DNA of 63,387 bases, the filler included, from Saprolegnia diclina VS20 (Eukaryota), in NCBI RefSeq assembly GCF_000281045.1. It is 6 parts of 4 records of this genome, joined end to end, with 100 filler letters (N's around TTAATTAATTAA, not from the genome) between each part and the next. Parts side by side here need not be neighbours in the genome. Positions count along the whole stretch, not along the records: positions 47,943 to 49,730 come from NW_008246129.1; positions 49,831 to 59,625 come from NW_008246130.1; positions 59,726 to 63,387 come from NW_008246131.1; 3 more parts are not named here. The stretch is one strand, 5' to 3'. The notes beneath the pieces were generated by a model, which searched no databases, had not been told where the DNA came from, and saw only the letters and a list, made by a program, of their open reading frames with translations. Shown one piece after another: positions 48,470 to 60,020 of this stretch. The position numbers and the translations under genes were made by a program. Within the stretch, counting starts at the first letter, position 1. Each line of letters starts with the position of its first letter.

Positions 48470-48794
48470 GGCACCTGGTTGAGGATCTCGATGCCCATGG
48501 TAACGCACACTTGCTGGGCCTTCACGTTGATGTCCGACCGGTCGACGTGATGGGAGTTACACTGGTAGACAACAATCCATGAGGCAATGAAGTCCTCAGA
48601 AGCACGTGGGAGCGCTGGAACCGGCCCACGTCTCTGGGGATCGAGGTCGACACCGTCGCGGTGCTTGCGAAGGAGGCGCCTAAGGTTCTGATGTTGATGT
48701 TGATGTCCTTCGCGACATACACTTAATTCTCTTTGTCCTTGACAACGCGCTCGACGGCAGTGAGCTTGGTCTCGGCGGTGAGCTTCAAGCGCAT
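48470..48794 (-). mobile_element. pogo/Fot1-like transposase N-terminal HTH/CENP-B remnant
   Basis: MRLKLTAETKLTAVERVVKDKEN*VYVAKDININIRTL (frameshift) RRLLRKHRDG..RRGPVPALPRASEDFIASWIVVYQ..HVDRSDINVKAQQV, with an internal stop and a frameshift. Confidence 0.6.
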
Positions 48795-50185
48795 CTATTT
48801 AGATTGTGACAGAGGTCTAGCACACTCGAAGCGGCCACCGTGGTACGATGGATGGCTGGTTGCGAGGGATGCTGGACGTGCTGGTGGCTGGGAGACACTA
48901 ATAGCATTTTACGTTACAACTTCATCAAAGAAATGTGGTCTGCGCTCCACGCCGTCACAGACCTTGGGATGTGGTCTTGCCGTCAACGCTCTCAGGCTAC
49001 CTCTACTAGACGCCCAAGACGGCCTCCAACATGCACCAAGAAGCGGTCCGCTACCTGTGCGCCCATGCTCCGCACCTGCGTTTGGTTCGGCGAGAGCGTA
49101 ACAATCGCGTCGTTCGCACCGACCCACCNNNNNNNNNNNNNNNNNNNNNNNNNNNNNNNNNNNNNNNNNNNNNNNNNNNNNNNNNNNNNNNNNNNNNNNN
49201 NNNNNNNNNNNNNNNNNNNNNNNNNNNNCCCATGCTCCGCACCTGCGTTTGGTTCGGCGAGAGCGTAACAATCGCGTCGTTCGCACCGACCCACCTCTGC
49301 CAAGTCCATGAACGATTGTCAAGGTGGCGCGTGTCACTCAACTGCATTTGCACCACAGGGATCGCACTCCTGCCCCTACCTGCAAAGATGCAGTTTCTAA
49401 ACCGAGTGTACGCAACGAAGTCGTTAGCGCATATTTTTCTATTCTTAATTGACGACCCACTTCAACAACGATCGCATCTTCCTCCGCGACCTACCACTGC
49501 TATGTAAGTCCATGGGCTGTTGCCGTCAAGGTGGCACGAGGTGCTCAACTGCACCTGCGGCACAGCCTTGTTCAAGAGACGGATCTCACTTCACAAAGTC
49601 AATAACACGCCGTAGCCGTGCCCCGCCAAGGACAACCTTCCAGCTCCCGACCCGCCATTTGGACGTCGACGATGACTTTTACAAGTCGCCTGCAGCCGTC
49701 GCCTCCGCTGCCGAGCTCCGACTACCCGACNNNNNNNNNNNNNNNNNNNNNNNNNNNNNNNNNNNNNNNNNNNNTTAATTAATTAANNNNNNNNNNNNNN
49801 NNNNNNNNNNNNNNNNNNNNNNNNNNNNNNCGGCTTTTTATTCCTCTCCAGGAGGAGGACCGGAATGCATTCAACAGCCGTTGGATGGTTGACGCCGAAC
49901 GGTATGGTAGTACAGTCTACTCAATGCAATCGATGCAATGTCAGAAACTGTAGCCTGGTGATAAGGACCGCGGTTAGCTCATCCGAGACAAACAGTGAGG
50001 ACACTACGACTTGATGCCAGCTCGCGCACCCCGTGCGATGCGTTAAAAGGAAAGCAGTCATGGCAACCGCGACCACGGAGCGGCGAGGACCGATATGAAG
50101 CCCAACTACCAACGCGCCTGTAGAACCTTGTCCTTCAGTAAGTTGGTACAGACTGTAGTGCAGTCAACTTCACGGAGGCGCCGTG

Positions 50186-51826
50186 TTATCGCAGCAACAG
50201 CTGGTGAAAAAAGGTCTCGGGGGCAAACTCACTCAAATCATCGTCGTCGTGCTGAGACTGGAACGCCGCGCCGACGGGCGGGAGGTCGACGTCGTGGACA
50301 AACGACGTGCCAATCCCTTGCGCCGCGGCCACCGAACAAATTCTCTCGACGTCGTACAATGTCCACGCATCATTGTACACGTTGATGTCGATCGCGAGCA
50401 GCGGGCTGGCTTCCTTGGCTTGCAACAGGCGTCCGACGTGATCGAGTGTCATCCCTGCGTACGAGAGATCGAGCCACTCGAGGCTTGGGAGGCCGTGGCG
50501 CACGCACGCCGCCCATGCGAGGACGCCCGCGATCTGTAGCCGATTGCAGAGCAAATCGAGCTTTTGGAGGTACCAACAGTGCGGCAAAACGCTGGCCAGT
50601 AGCAGCATCCCGTCGTCTCCGATCGCATTGTTGCTCAGGTTAAGTTCGCGAAGACACTTCCAGCGGGGCAGCGCCCGTGCCAATAGACCCGCGCCGTCGT
50701 CGCCGAGGTGGTTGTCGGCCAAGTGCAGCGCCTTAATCGCAGTCTGCTGGAGCGCTTCGAGGATGTCGTGGAGGCCGTACGCGTGCAAGTTGGTCTGGCT
50801 CAAGTTGAGGTACACGAGGCTCGAATACTGCTGGAGCGTCGCCTTGAAAAACATCGAGAGCGTTTCGATGCGCGCGATCTGGAGGTGCGTGAGGCACTTG
50901 GACGCGCGATGGGCGGGGACAAAGGACGACGCGTGTCGGTGGAATTGCCCGCCATGACTGGACCGCGTCGACCGCAAGATGCAAATATACCGCGGGCAGT
51001 GGGCCAGCACCTGGTCGACAAACCGCTCGCAGTGGTCGGCCTCGAGGACCGCGAGGGTGCGGCACGCGTCGGCCGCATGGAACCAATCGTTGTAGAGAAT
51101 TTCCGACGCGAGCTCGAGGCGCGCGAGCTTGAAGTGCGCGATGGGATGATGGGCAAAAATCGCGCCGAGGCGAATGACCGCCGCGGGCGGCAGGCGCTTG
51201 ACGTGCATGGGCTGCCGCTGGCGTAAATGCCACTCGTGCTCGTCGCCTTCGATCGCGAGGTGCGTGATGCGTGCGCAGGCGAGGACGATATCCAGGCAGC
51301 TTAGTAGCGTCGCGGGCCCGCCGTGCCACACAATACGGACGCGGCGCAGCGTTCGACTCGCCAGCATGAGATGCCCCACGCGGTCCAGCTGTCGCTGGCC
51401 AATGTCGCCGACCACGATTTCGTACAGGCGCGAGAAAGACACGAGCGAGAGGATTCGGGCGGGCACGCGATCCATTAGCGCCCACGAGATGAGGCCGGAC
51501 GACGATGCCAAGCAGCGCTCCAGCACGTCGATCGAGGTGGCAGCGTCGGGTATGCGCAGCTTCCCAACGAGCTGCCATGCGCGTTGAACGTGGTTGGTGC
51601 TCTCGGTGGCGATCGCTGGTAGGTCCAAGATGGGCCACAGCCGACGGCGGGGCACGCGGCGGGCCAGCTCCGCGAGGCTCTGCATCGGCGGGCTGCAGAG
51701 CGCGCGGGGCAGCGCCGCCAGGAGTGCGAAGGCCGTCGACGTGTCGGCTACGAACTGAAGGATGAGGTGCATGACGTCGGCCGGCGGCGTCATGGACGGA
51801 CGGGACGATGGGCGGCGCTCCGACAT
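50186..51826 (-). CDS. RNI-like leucine-rich repeat protein with F-box-like N-terminus
   Basis: PADVMHLILQFV near the start; LRRs LVYLNLSQTNL, LHLADNHLGDDGAGLLA, LNLSNNAIGDDG, LDLLCNRL and LEWLDLS. Confidence 0.8.
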   Translation of the reverse strand: MSERRPSSRPSMTPPADVMHLILQFVADTSTAFALLAALPRALCSPPMQSLAELARRVPRRRLWPILDLPAIATESTNHVQRAWQLVGKLRIPDAATSIDVLERCLASSSGLISWALMDRVPARILSLVSFSRLYEIVVGDIGQRQLDRVGHLMLASRTLRRVRIVWHGGPATLLSCLDIVLACARITHLAIEGDEHEWHLRQRQPMHVKRLPPAAVIRLGAIFAHHPIAHFKLARLELASEILYNDWFHAADACRTLAVLEADHCERFVDQVLAHCPRYICILRSTRSSHGGQFHRHASSFVPAHRASKCLTHLQIARIETLSMFFKATLQQYSSLVYLNLSQTNLHAYGLHDILEALQQTAIKALHLADNHLGDDGAGLLARALPRWKCLRELNLSNNAIGDDGMLLLASVLPHCWYLQKLDLLCNRLQIAGVLAWAACVRHGLPSLEWLDLSYAGMTLDHVGRLLQAKEASPLLAIDINVYNDAWTLYDVERICSVAAAQGIGTSFVHDVDLPPVGAAFQSQHDDDDLSEFAPETFFHQLLLR

Positions 51827-53098
51827 GCGACCAGCTTGTAATCTACCGGTATAGCGGAATCTGTGATGATGTGACCTTTGGCCAATCACAGCGCGTGGCG
51901 CCATTTCCAGCATGTTTCTGTGATCGATCGGAGAAAGGCCATGTGACCGTCCGTCAAGGGAATAGTTAATCCCTTGCCGTCCGTGCACAGCTGGTCCGAG
52001 CTGTCCGGGCACGTGGACTTTTTGTATTTGATGATGTGCTAGTATCGGGACCAAGGGGACCAAGGCCATGTTTCCATGCGTCTTCGGATGTGAAACGATG
52101 GGCGTGGCGCATGACATTTCGCATCGTGCTTCGTGGTTGTTCTTCATGCGCAGCCTCGCTTTTCTCCCCGTCAGCCTCCAGCGTCAAACAATACGCGTGA
52201 ACCTCTCAATGCTCAGTCAAGAAGGGGTGTTCATGTCGATTTCTTTTAGTCTAGCGGTCTCGACTCTGGGATACCACCAAGTACTGTAGATCCGGGTTTA
52301 AGTCCCAGAGCAGAGAGAGCCCCACTCTCTGATTTGGTCGAAGCGCCCGCGCGACTGCTACGAGGTGACAACGCGCATAGGTATCATCGTCAGTTGAAGG
52401 GCATCGTCCGTTTACGCATACAGAATTCGGATGTACATTGATAGAAGGGTTTTGGATCGAGGCGAGAGAAAGCTATCCTAAAACACGACCAGCAGTTGGA
52501 ATTTCAATGTCTTTTCTGCAGACTTGGTTCTTATTGCGTCGTTGCAGCTTTCACAATGGCGAGCATGCTCAGGCGGCAATGCGCGTAATGCCTTCATTTC
52601 TGCCAGGACCTCGGGTGAGGTCAGGCGGGTTGCTTGCTTAGGAGTCGAGATCTAGAATGCTAACTCCACGACGGCTTGCAAGATACGCCCTTGCGCAAAA
52701 CACCCATTTTATTCGTCAATGGCACCTGGCACGATTGCATCGACGCCTAGTACGGACACGAACTCTAGACTGCGGCTTCCTGGGAGCTTACATATCTAGA
52801 GATGCACGCTTGCTTTCGACGGGCTCAACCCTGGACTCACCTGTCGCTTTGGCTGCACGCCGAGGGAGGCGGGCGGTGCGCAGTTAAGGCAAGAGGAAGA
52901 AGAATGGATTCTTGGAGAACGTGGAATATGTCAACCTGGCAAAGAAGCATGCAAAGCGAGCTCCTGAAAATTCCATGCTTGCACAATGGCAGGCCCAACA
53001 GTCGAATCGAACATTATTGCCTACCAAACAACCAATCAACGCGGCGGTCTCTCGATCTTCCGAGCGAGAACGGTCACATTGCGAAAATCGTAGCCGGG

Positions 53099-55993
53099 AT
53101 GACTGGCCAACGCAAGGGCTCTCGAAAGACAAAGCAGTCGACCCACCACGCTCCGACCGGCAAGGAGCAGTTTGAAGAGGCCGTTGAGCTTCTCCGCAGC
53201 GCAACCAGACACCCGTCGGCTCCGTGGCTTACGTTCGAGATGCCGCATCACGTCGAGCCGCTTCTGCGCGTCGGTACGATGGACGAGTGGCTGGGTTGGC
53301 CGCTCTGCAAGTACCAAGCCCACCAGGTTATGTGCGCGAACCCAACATCGGAAGACGGCGTCGCCGTCGTCCCGGCAGCGCATCTCGCATTTGAGAGCGC
53401 TGATTGGCACCAGATGTTGGACGCGGCGTGCCAGCACCTCACGGCCAAGTTTGCTTCTCAAAACGCCGTCTCGCTCGAGCTCTCGCACTTGGTACTCGAT
53501 AGCAAAGGGTCGGCCGCCAGCCTCGTGCCGGCGCGTCGCCCCGCGCATAGCATGGGGACCATGTATCTGCTACTACCGTCTCATTACAAGGGTGGCGGCA
53601 TGACGCTGCTGAATGATGGCTCCAAGCACACGTGGAAGCACGACGCCTTTCTCACGCGACTGCACTGTCTGGCGCAGGCGACAGCAACAACAATCTTTGT
53701 CGACCCGATAACGCACGGCACACGGGTGCTCTTGGTGTACCATCTCCTCAACGCATCACATTCGACGCACTTCAAGGACGCGGTCGCCAAGCTCTCGGCG
53801 GCGGCATCCTCCATGTCGTTTCAAGTGGGCGCGCTCGGGCTTTCGCAACCCAACCCAAAGCTGTCGCTCGAGACCCTCTTGCCGGTCGAACTCGACTTTG
53901 TGCAGGCATTGCGCGCGTCCGGCGACTACGATGTGGTCCTCGCCGAGCACCCTATTTACGTCAACTTTACGGGGACGTACGACATACGACTCGCGGGGAA
54001 AAAGCAAAAGACCGATGCTTGGAAGCCGGGGCACAAGGGGTACGGTCCACGCATCCATCGCTTCCAAGCTCTGCCTGGTGCCCCGCTGCCCGACGCCATC
54101 GCGGCGGGCGTCCAGGATCTTGAGGTGGAGGTGCGCCTCTTCGAGAAGAGCCCGCTGCATTATGACAACTACCAAGGGACGCGGTATGCAATCGTGTTTT
54201 GGCCAAAGTGCAGGCGTTTGGACTGCGCGAGCCTCGCCGATGCCGTCAACGCTTTGCTGCATGCGGCTCAGCAGCCGTGTCCGTCGCCTAATGCACTCTT
54301 GGGTCAACGGTCGGTCATCGCGCTCGCCGACGCTCTCTTGGCTCGGTTGGGTCGTTCGGACGAGGTGGCGCGGCCCACATATGCACAGAGTCTCACAACG
54401 TACGGCGCCGCGCTCATCCTCTTGCGACATCTACCGACGGTCCAGCGCCTCGTGGGCAAAATTCTCCGCAGTGGGACGTCAAGCACATGCTTCGAAAAGG
54501 TCGCGTCCATGCTCTTCAAGCTCCTCGCTGCCTTTGGTTGGGAACCACTCTCAGAGGCACTGCACACAATGATGCGTCGGTGGGCTGCCACGTCATGTGG
54601 GCTCCAGCGGTGCTACCAACTCGTGGCGCGCTGGGCCGGTGCAGCCCCGTCGCCGCTCGGGCTCAAACAACCGTTCGCTGTCGAGCTGATCGTCTCGCTC
54701 TGGTCGACGATTGCGGCCAAGTTCGAGCATGCTCTCGACCAAGAAGACGACGAGACATCTGCGAAGGACGCCCGCATCGTCTTTGCGTCGAGTTTGTCTC
54801 TGGAGCTCTACGTCACGCATCCCAAACGCGTGCGCGAACGTTGGCTCGCCAATAGCCTTCCCGACCGCGCCGTGGCCATAGTCGCTTCGTTCCTTGGTCC
54901 GATCCCGACGTTGCGCGAGCTCGTTTTGGGGAGCGCCTTTGACCCGCTAATCGACATGCCACCGGGCTTTGCAGCGACATTGCGACCCGGCAGCGCTGAC
55001 CACGTCGACAAGCACGTGTACACTGACTCGATTCTGCACGTCTTTTTCCACGCCGACATCGACACCATCGACCACAGCTTGGACACACAGGCGATCGCGG
55101 CGCTTTTGGCGATCGCGGCAACCGTCCAAAAAGTTGCTGTCGTACTCGACCGGCTTTCGGCGGGTCGGCGGTTGGCACTCGCGCCGGCCATCTACCGTTT
55201 TGCGCGGCACTGGCCCCACTTGGCCTCGGAAAATGTACTTCGCCACTGCTCTCGCGTGCTCCTGCGCAATGCCACCAACAACGTCGCGATGCGCATCTTC
55301 AACGGCACCGGCCACGTGCGCCAGGCGCCGGTGCAGAACGCCGTCGCAGCGATCTCGTTCTTTGCGACCTATGATCGCAGCAACCTCCACGCCTTTACCG
55401 AGAAATGGCTGTGCACCGTCGAGCCCCATGCGATCGGCGATGTGGTGATCAAACTGCACGTCGCGGGGCCGGCCGAAACAGACTTGATCGCTCGACTGGC
55501 ACACGTGTACTTGGATGCCGTCAGCGGGGACGGCGCGCGACTCACCGACTATGCGCTGCTGGAGATCGATGTCCCGCCTTGCTGCGAGTCGTGCACCGCC
55601 TTTGAAGCGTACCTGCGCGACCCGCTTCGCATTACCTTCAACTTTGGCGACTGGAAGGCGTGCAATCATATTCTCGCCATCATTCTGTCCCACCCGCTGC
55701 AACTCGAGGTGCAAGACACCGCGTCACCGTCCCACGACGACAGCTTTTGGTGCGAGCACGACCCGTACGACCAAGTCGCGGCCGTCTTTGCTCGAAAAGT
55801 GCGCCAGCCGGGACAGGCCACACCGGCGGTGCTGCGCATGCACGCGCGCCCAACCATTGGAAGGAGAAAACGAAGCACATCACGACGATCGTCAAGGCCA
55901 TCGAGACCGACAACCAAGCGTCTCGCTAACAGCACCAATACAGAGTGTGTGAACGACCATAGACTGAATGAATCCCAGGGTCACGAGCATTAG
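53099..55993 (+). CDS. Degenerate 2OG-Fe(II) oxygenase-like family protein with C-terminal CCxxC
   Basis: MGTMYLLLPSHYKGGGMTL..VDPITHGTRVLLVYHL; AIVFWPK; AFGWEPL; PPCCESCTAFEAYLRDP. Same architecture as the 36653 gene. Confidence 0.72.
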   Translation: MTGQRKGSRKTKQSTHHAPTGKEQFEEAVELLRSATRHPSAPWLTFEMPHHVEPLLRVGTMDEWLGWPLCKYQAHQVMCANPTSEDGVAVVPAAHLAFESADWHQMLDAACQHLTAKFASQNAVSLELSHLVLDSKGSAASLVPARRPAHSMGTMYLLLPSHYKGGGMTLLNDGSKHTWKHDAFLTRLHCLAQATATTIFVDPITHGTRVLLVYHLLNASHSTHFKDAVAKLSAAASSMSFQVGALGLSQPNPKLSLETLLPVELDFVQALRASGDYDVVLAEHPIYVNFTGTYDIRLAGKKQKTDAWKPGHKGYGPRIHRFQALPGAPLPDAIAAGVQDLEVEVRLFEKSPLHYDNYQGTRYAIVFWPKCRRLDCASLADAVNALLHAAQQPCPSPNALLGQRSVIALADALLARLGRSDEVARPTYAQSLTTYGAALILLRHLPTVQRLVGKILRSGTSSTCFEKVASMLFKLLAAFGWEPLSEALHTMMRRWAATSCGLQRCYQLVARWAGAAPSPLGLKQPFAVELIVSLWSTIAAKFEHALDQEDDETSAKDARIVFASSLSLELYVTHPKRVRERWLANSLPDRAVAIVASFLGPIPTLRELVLGSAFDPLIDMPPGFAATLRPGSADHVDKHVYTDSILHVFFHADIDTIDHSLDTQAIAALLAIAATVQKVAVVLDRLSAGRRLALAPAIYRFARHWPHLASENVLRHCSRVLLRNATNNVAMRIFNGTGHVRQAPVQNAVAAISFFATYDRSNLHAFTEKWLCTVEPHAIGDVVIKLHVAGPAETDLIARLAHVYLDAVSGDGARLTDYALLEIDVPPCCESCTAFEAYLRDPLRITFNFGDWKACNHILAIILSHPLQLEVQDTASPSHDDSFWCEHDPYDQVAAVFARKVRQPGQATPAVLRMHARPTIGRRKRSTSRRSSRPSRPTTKRLANSTNTECVNDHRLNESQGHEH

Positions 55994-56657
55994 TGCGGGA
56001 CGAGGCTTCTGTCCTGCAAGCGTTGATCAAAGGTAGAGCGAGGATGAGTCTGGCCATGTCCTACGCAGGCTCTCTAACCCAGTACTAAAGACCGCACACG
56101 TGGACATGCTACACGCCAAGCAACACCACGTTGGAATTTGGTTGGAAACGGGGGCCGTAATAGGCGCATTCGACGGGCCGCGCCCTGTCGACAAGGTACT
56201 GCAAGTGGACCGACCTTGGCCGGCGAACGGCGCGCAGACAACGCCGCTGGCGACACGTGAGACGCTCGTCTCTGATTCGTTTCGCCCACGAATCTCACGG
56301 CGCATGGCTGAACGACGCCTCGCTTCACATCGCTTCCGCCATGTTCTAGCGTGCAATGCGCTCGCCATGATGGCGACGTTCTCCATCGTCGTGCGCTCTG
56401 CTCTATAAGCCGCTTAAGTCTCTATGTGTCATCGAGCGTAGGAAGGAAGGATGTCCCCAACGTCCATGGGCGTTTCGGCCATGACGTGGCAATGGGGCTG
56501 GGCAGGATGCATCAACAACCAAGATCCCAAGTTCAATCTGCGCACGTGACGATCGCGCCTCACGCGTGGCAATGTCACGGAATTTTGGCCAATCAAAAGC
56601 CAGGTTCGAAAATCCTCGGCAAAAAGCGTATTTTCGGATTCGTCAACAAGCAGCAGG

Positions 56658-58630
56658 ATGAGCAGCAGCTACCCGAACGGTGTCCGCGAGTGCTGGGGCG
56701 ACTACCGCGACGAAGAGGACCTCGAAGTCCCGACGCAGGCGCTCTACCAGCACCAGAAGAAGCTGCCGAACCTGCCCGTGCCCACGCTCGAGGCCACGTG
56801 CGCGCTCTACCTGCAGACGGTCCGCCCGCTCGCGACCGACGCTGAGTTTGCCGCAACCAAGAAGGCGGTCCAGGCCTTCCTCGACAGCCCGCTCGGGCCG
56901 ACGCTCCAGCAGCGCCTCCTCGAGCGCGCGACGTCGCGCCCCAACACGTCGTACCTCGCCGAATGGTGGAACAAGCTCGGCTACCTCGAAGTCCGCGACC
57001 CGGTCGTCTTTTACGTGAGCTACTTTTTCCACTTTAGCGACGCGGCGCACGCGCTGCAGCGGTCGCAGGTCGGCCGCGCCGCGAGCCTCCTCGTCGCGAC
57101 CATGGCGTTCCGCAACCAGGTCGCGTCGGGCACGCGGCCGCCCGAGGTGCTCGGCCGTGGCAAGACGCCGCTCTGCGCGACCGCGTACAAGTATATGTTT
57201 AACGCGTGCCGGATTCCGCATCGCAACGCCGACTCGTACCGCATTTACGACCCGAGCTTGCACCATCACATTGTGGTCTTGCGCAACAACAAGTACTTCA
57301 AGGTGCAGCAGACGTCGACGCCGCTCACGTTTCTGCAATGGACCAACGCCCTCGACAAGATCATTGCGATCGCTGGCGGCAAAGAGTCGTCGATCGGCGT
57401 GCTCTCGTCGCAAGACCGCGACGTGTGGGCCGACGGCCGTGACCAGCTCCTCGTCGACGGCAACGAAGCGTCGCTCAAGGACATCGAGTCGGCGGTCGTC
57501 GTGCTCTGCCTCGACGACGAGACGCCGGTCTCACGCACGGAGGTCGCGCGCGGTCTTTGGCACGGCAACGGCCGCAACCGCTTCTACGACAAGACGATCC
57601 AGCTCATCGTGTACGAGAACGGCAAGGCTGGCATCCTCGCCGAACACTCGATGCTGGATGGGATGGCCATGAGCGTCTACGCGGACTTTATGCTCAGCGG
57701 CCTCCGCAACGGAACCATCGACCTCGGCGACCTGACGACGCCGCACGGCGCGCTCCAAGTGCCCGCGGTCACGCAGCTGCCGTTCAACATTACGCGGGCG
57801 ACGCTGCGCAACATTGCGCTGGCCGAGCACAGCTTTGATCTGCTTGTCGCCGACCACGAAGTGCACGTCGAGTCGTTCTTCGGCTATGGCAACGGTCTCA
57901 TGAAGACCTTCAAGTGCAGCCCGGACGCGTATGTGCAGATGGCCATTCAGCTCGCGGTATGCCTATTTATTGGAAAGTTGACGCGATGCTTATTCTGGCG
58001 TAGGCGCGCAAGTACTGGGGCAAGGACGTTGGCACGTACGAAGCGTCGCAGGTGCGCCCGTACCTCCACGGCCGCACCGAAACGACGCGCAGCTGCTCGA
58101 TCGCGAGCAAGGCATTTGTCGACGCGATGGTCACCTCGGCGCCGCTCGAGCGCATCGGCGACAAGGTATGTCATGCTGACAGTACATAAATGACGACGCA
58201 GCGTGACATGCTTTCACAAACGTAGGCGACGGCCTGTCGCAACGCGTGTGCCTCGCACGTGCAGTACATGAAGCTCGCGGCGCAGTCCAAGGGCGTCGAC
58301 CGTCACTTTCTTGGTCTTCGCATGCTGTTGCAGCCGGGCGAGACCGCTGCAATCTTTGAGGACCCGCTCTTCGCGCGTTCCAAGTACTGGCAGATCTCGA
58401 CGAGCCACTTGACGCACGAGCTCTTTGACGGCTGGGGCTGGGGCGAGGTGGTGGCCGACGGCGTCGGCATCGCGTACAGCATCAAGAAGAACTCGGTGCA
58501 CTTCAACATTGCGTGTCGCAAGACGATTCCGCTCTCGATGGCGCGCGCGTTCGGCCACTTGCTCGAAGAGAGCCTCCTCGAGATGCGCCACGTGTTTGAA
58601 GCCGAGACGCCGCCGCTGGCCAAGCTCTAA
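56658..58630 (+). CDS. Carnitine O-acetyl/acyltransferase with C-terminal PTS1 (AKL), 3 exons
   Basis: LPNLPVPTLEAT, NRFYDKTIQ, AEHSMLDG (catalytic His), SPDAYVQMAIQLA, TYE..YLHGRTET, KGVDRHFLGL; ends ..PLAKL*. Confidence 0.93.
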
Positions 58631-59160
58631 GCAGCGAGGCTCTTTCTAATGCAACTGTTTGGTTTTGTATCTTCGGCGCAACGGCAGTCATTGGGCGTTG
58701 GAGGGTCAATAGCTGCTCGCTCGCTTTGTTGGATAGCATGTCTACATGCGGGCTTGCACTCCTATGTCGGGTGGGCCGAGTACAGGAGCCTGCACACGAT
58801 CTCGCGCGACCTATGACTCGGTCCACCACGAGATCGATCTTTCCGAACGTAGCTCAGTCCCGACGACCAAGTGCCAACTCCCACGCATTCAGGCGTGCAG
58901 CGCTATGTATGCAAGTCTTTGCACTAATGAAGATAACGCAGAACACGTTCATACATATAACAGGCCCCGTGCGGGGTGAGCTCAACGGTGTTTGCAGTGA
59001 CGGCGCTTGCTGGCTTGCTGCAGTCTGGCTTGCTGCAGTCTTCGCGGGCTTCTGAAATCGCACCTAATCGGAACGTTGTGTGATTTTTTTAACCCGTTCG
59101 GACGTGAAAAGTTTCCATACGTTTCTATATTAAGAATAGACTTGATTTCAGTTTTTTTTT

Positions 59161-59272
59161 TCTAACCCCGAGAATCTCGGGGTTAGAGAGAGCAAATTGC
59201 AATATTTGTTTAGCTCAAAAGGCTATTTTTAATGAGTTTTAGTCCCCAGGACTAAAAATCTCGGGGTTAGAG
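59161..59272. repeat. Cluster of short inverted/direct repeats (possible transposon end)
   Basis: TCTAACCCCGAGA-a-TCTCGGGGTTAGA (59161-59187); TTTTAGTCC-cca-GGACTAAAA; ATCTCGGGGTTAGAG is repeated. Confidence 0.6.
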
Positions 59273-59799
59273 GAGCCAATCAGAAAATTCGGCGACAGTG
59301 ACTCACACTTTTGAGTCTATGGTCCCATGCCCGCGCCGCCACAATGGACCAATGGGAACGATGTACATTCCCTTAGGTAAGTACAGAAGTGAAATGGGAA
59401 ATGACTACTCATTAGCCCTCACGCAACGGAACATAGTCTCGTTTGCGACATCCGAATTCCATACTCGGACGCACCGATGCCAACGATTGCGGAACTCGAG
59501 CGACACCGTGGCAAGGCCAAGGCGACCGACAAGCCGGCTAAAGTCGCCGTGGCTGAGGCCAGCGTGCCTGCTACCGCTTCACCCGCTGCCTTTTGCGACA
59601 TCGTGGAGAGCCGAACGAAGTTTCCNNNNNNNNNNNNNNNNNNNNNNNNNNNNNNNNNNNNNNNNNNNNTTAATTAATTAANNNNNNNNNNNNNNNNNNN
59701 NNNNNNNNNNNNNNNNNNNNNNNNNCGGGTTCGAAGAACTGTTCCAACTTGATCCGACAAAATCGAGTACGCACGCACGGTGGTACGTCGTCGTCCTGT

Positions 59800-60020
59800 C
59801 TATCTCTAAAGCGCGACCCCGCGTTCGATTTGATTGCTGGCCTGACGGTCGCCATGAAGACCGTGCCGCAAAAGATGTCGCTAGCCAACGCCATGGCCGT
59901 ACTGGTGCAGTATAGTCTCTACACGGCAGCGGTCACGCCCGTCTTGCGCGCGGTATTTGGCACGTCCCGCGTTCTCTCGGTCGCGAACGACTCGGAAGTG
60001 AGTCTCATGGTCGGCCCGCA
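59800..60020 (+). pseudogene. SulP/SLC26 sulfate transporter N-terminal fragment
   Basis: LKRD..FDLIAGLTVAMKTVPQKMSLA..QYSLYTAAVTPVLRAVFGTSRVLSV; the match is lost after about 70 codons. Confidence 0.75.

Noticed and set aside
49063..49295. Exact ~65-bp direct repeat on both sides of a 100-N gap
   Set aside because: Most likely an unmerged contig overlap.
48840..49730. Fragmented coding-like sequence between gaps
   Set aside because: Possibly transposase debris, but no diagnostic motif was found.
50186..52147. Upstream extensions of ORFs (52147, 52802, 36485, 33554)
   Set aside because: They cross CCAAT/promoter-like, lower-GC3 sequence; downstream ATGs fit better.
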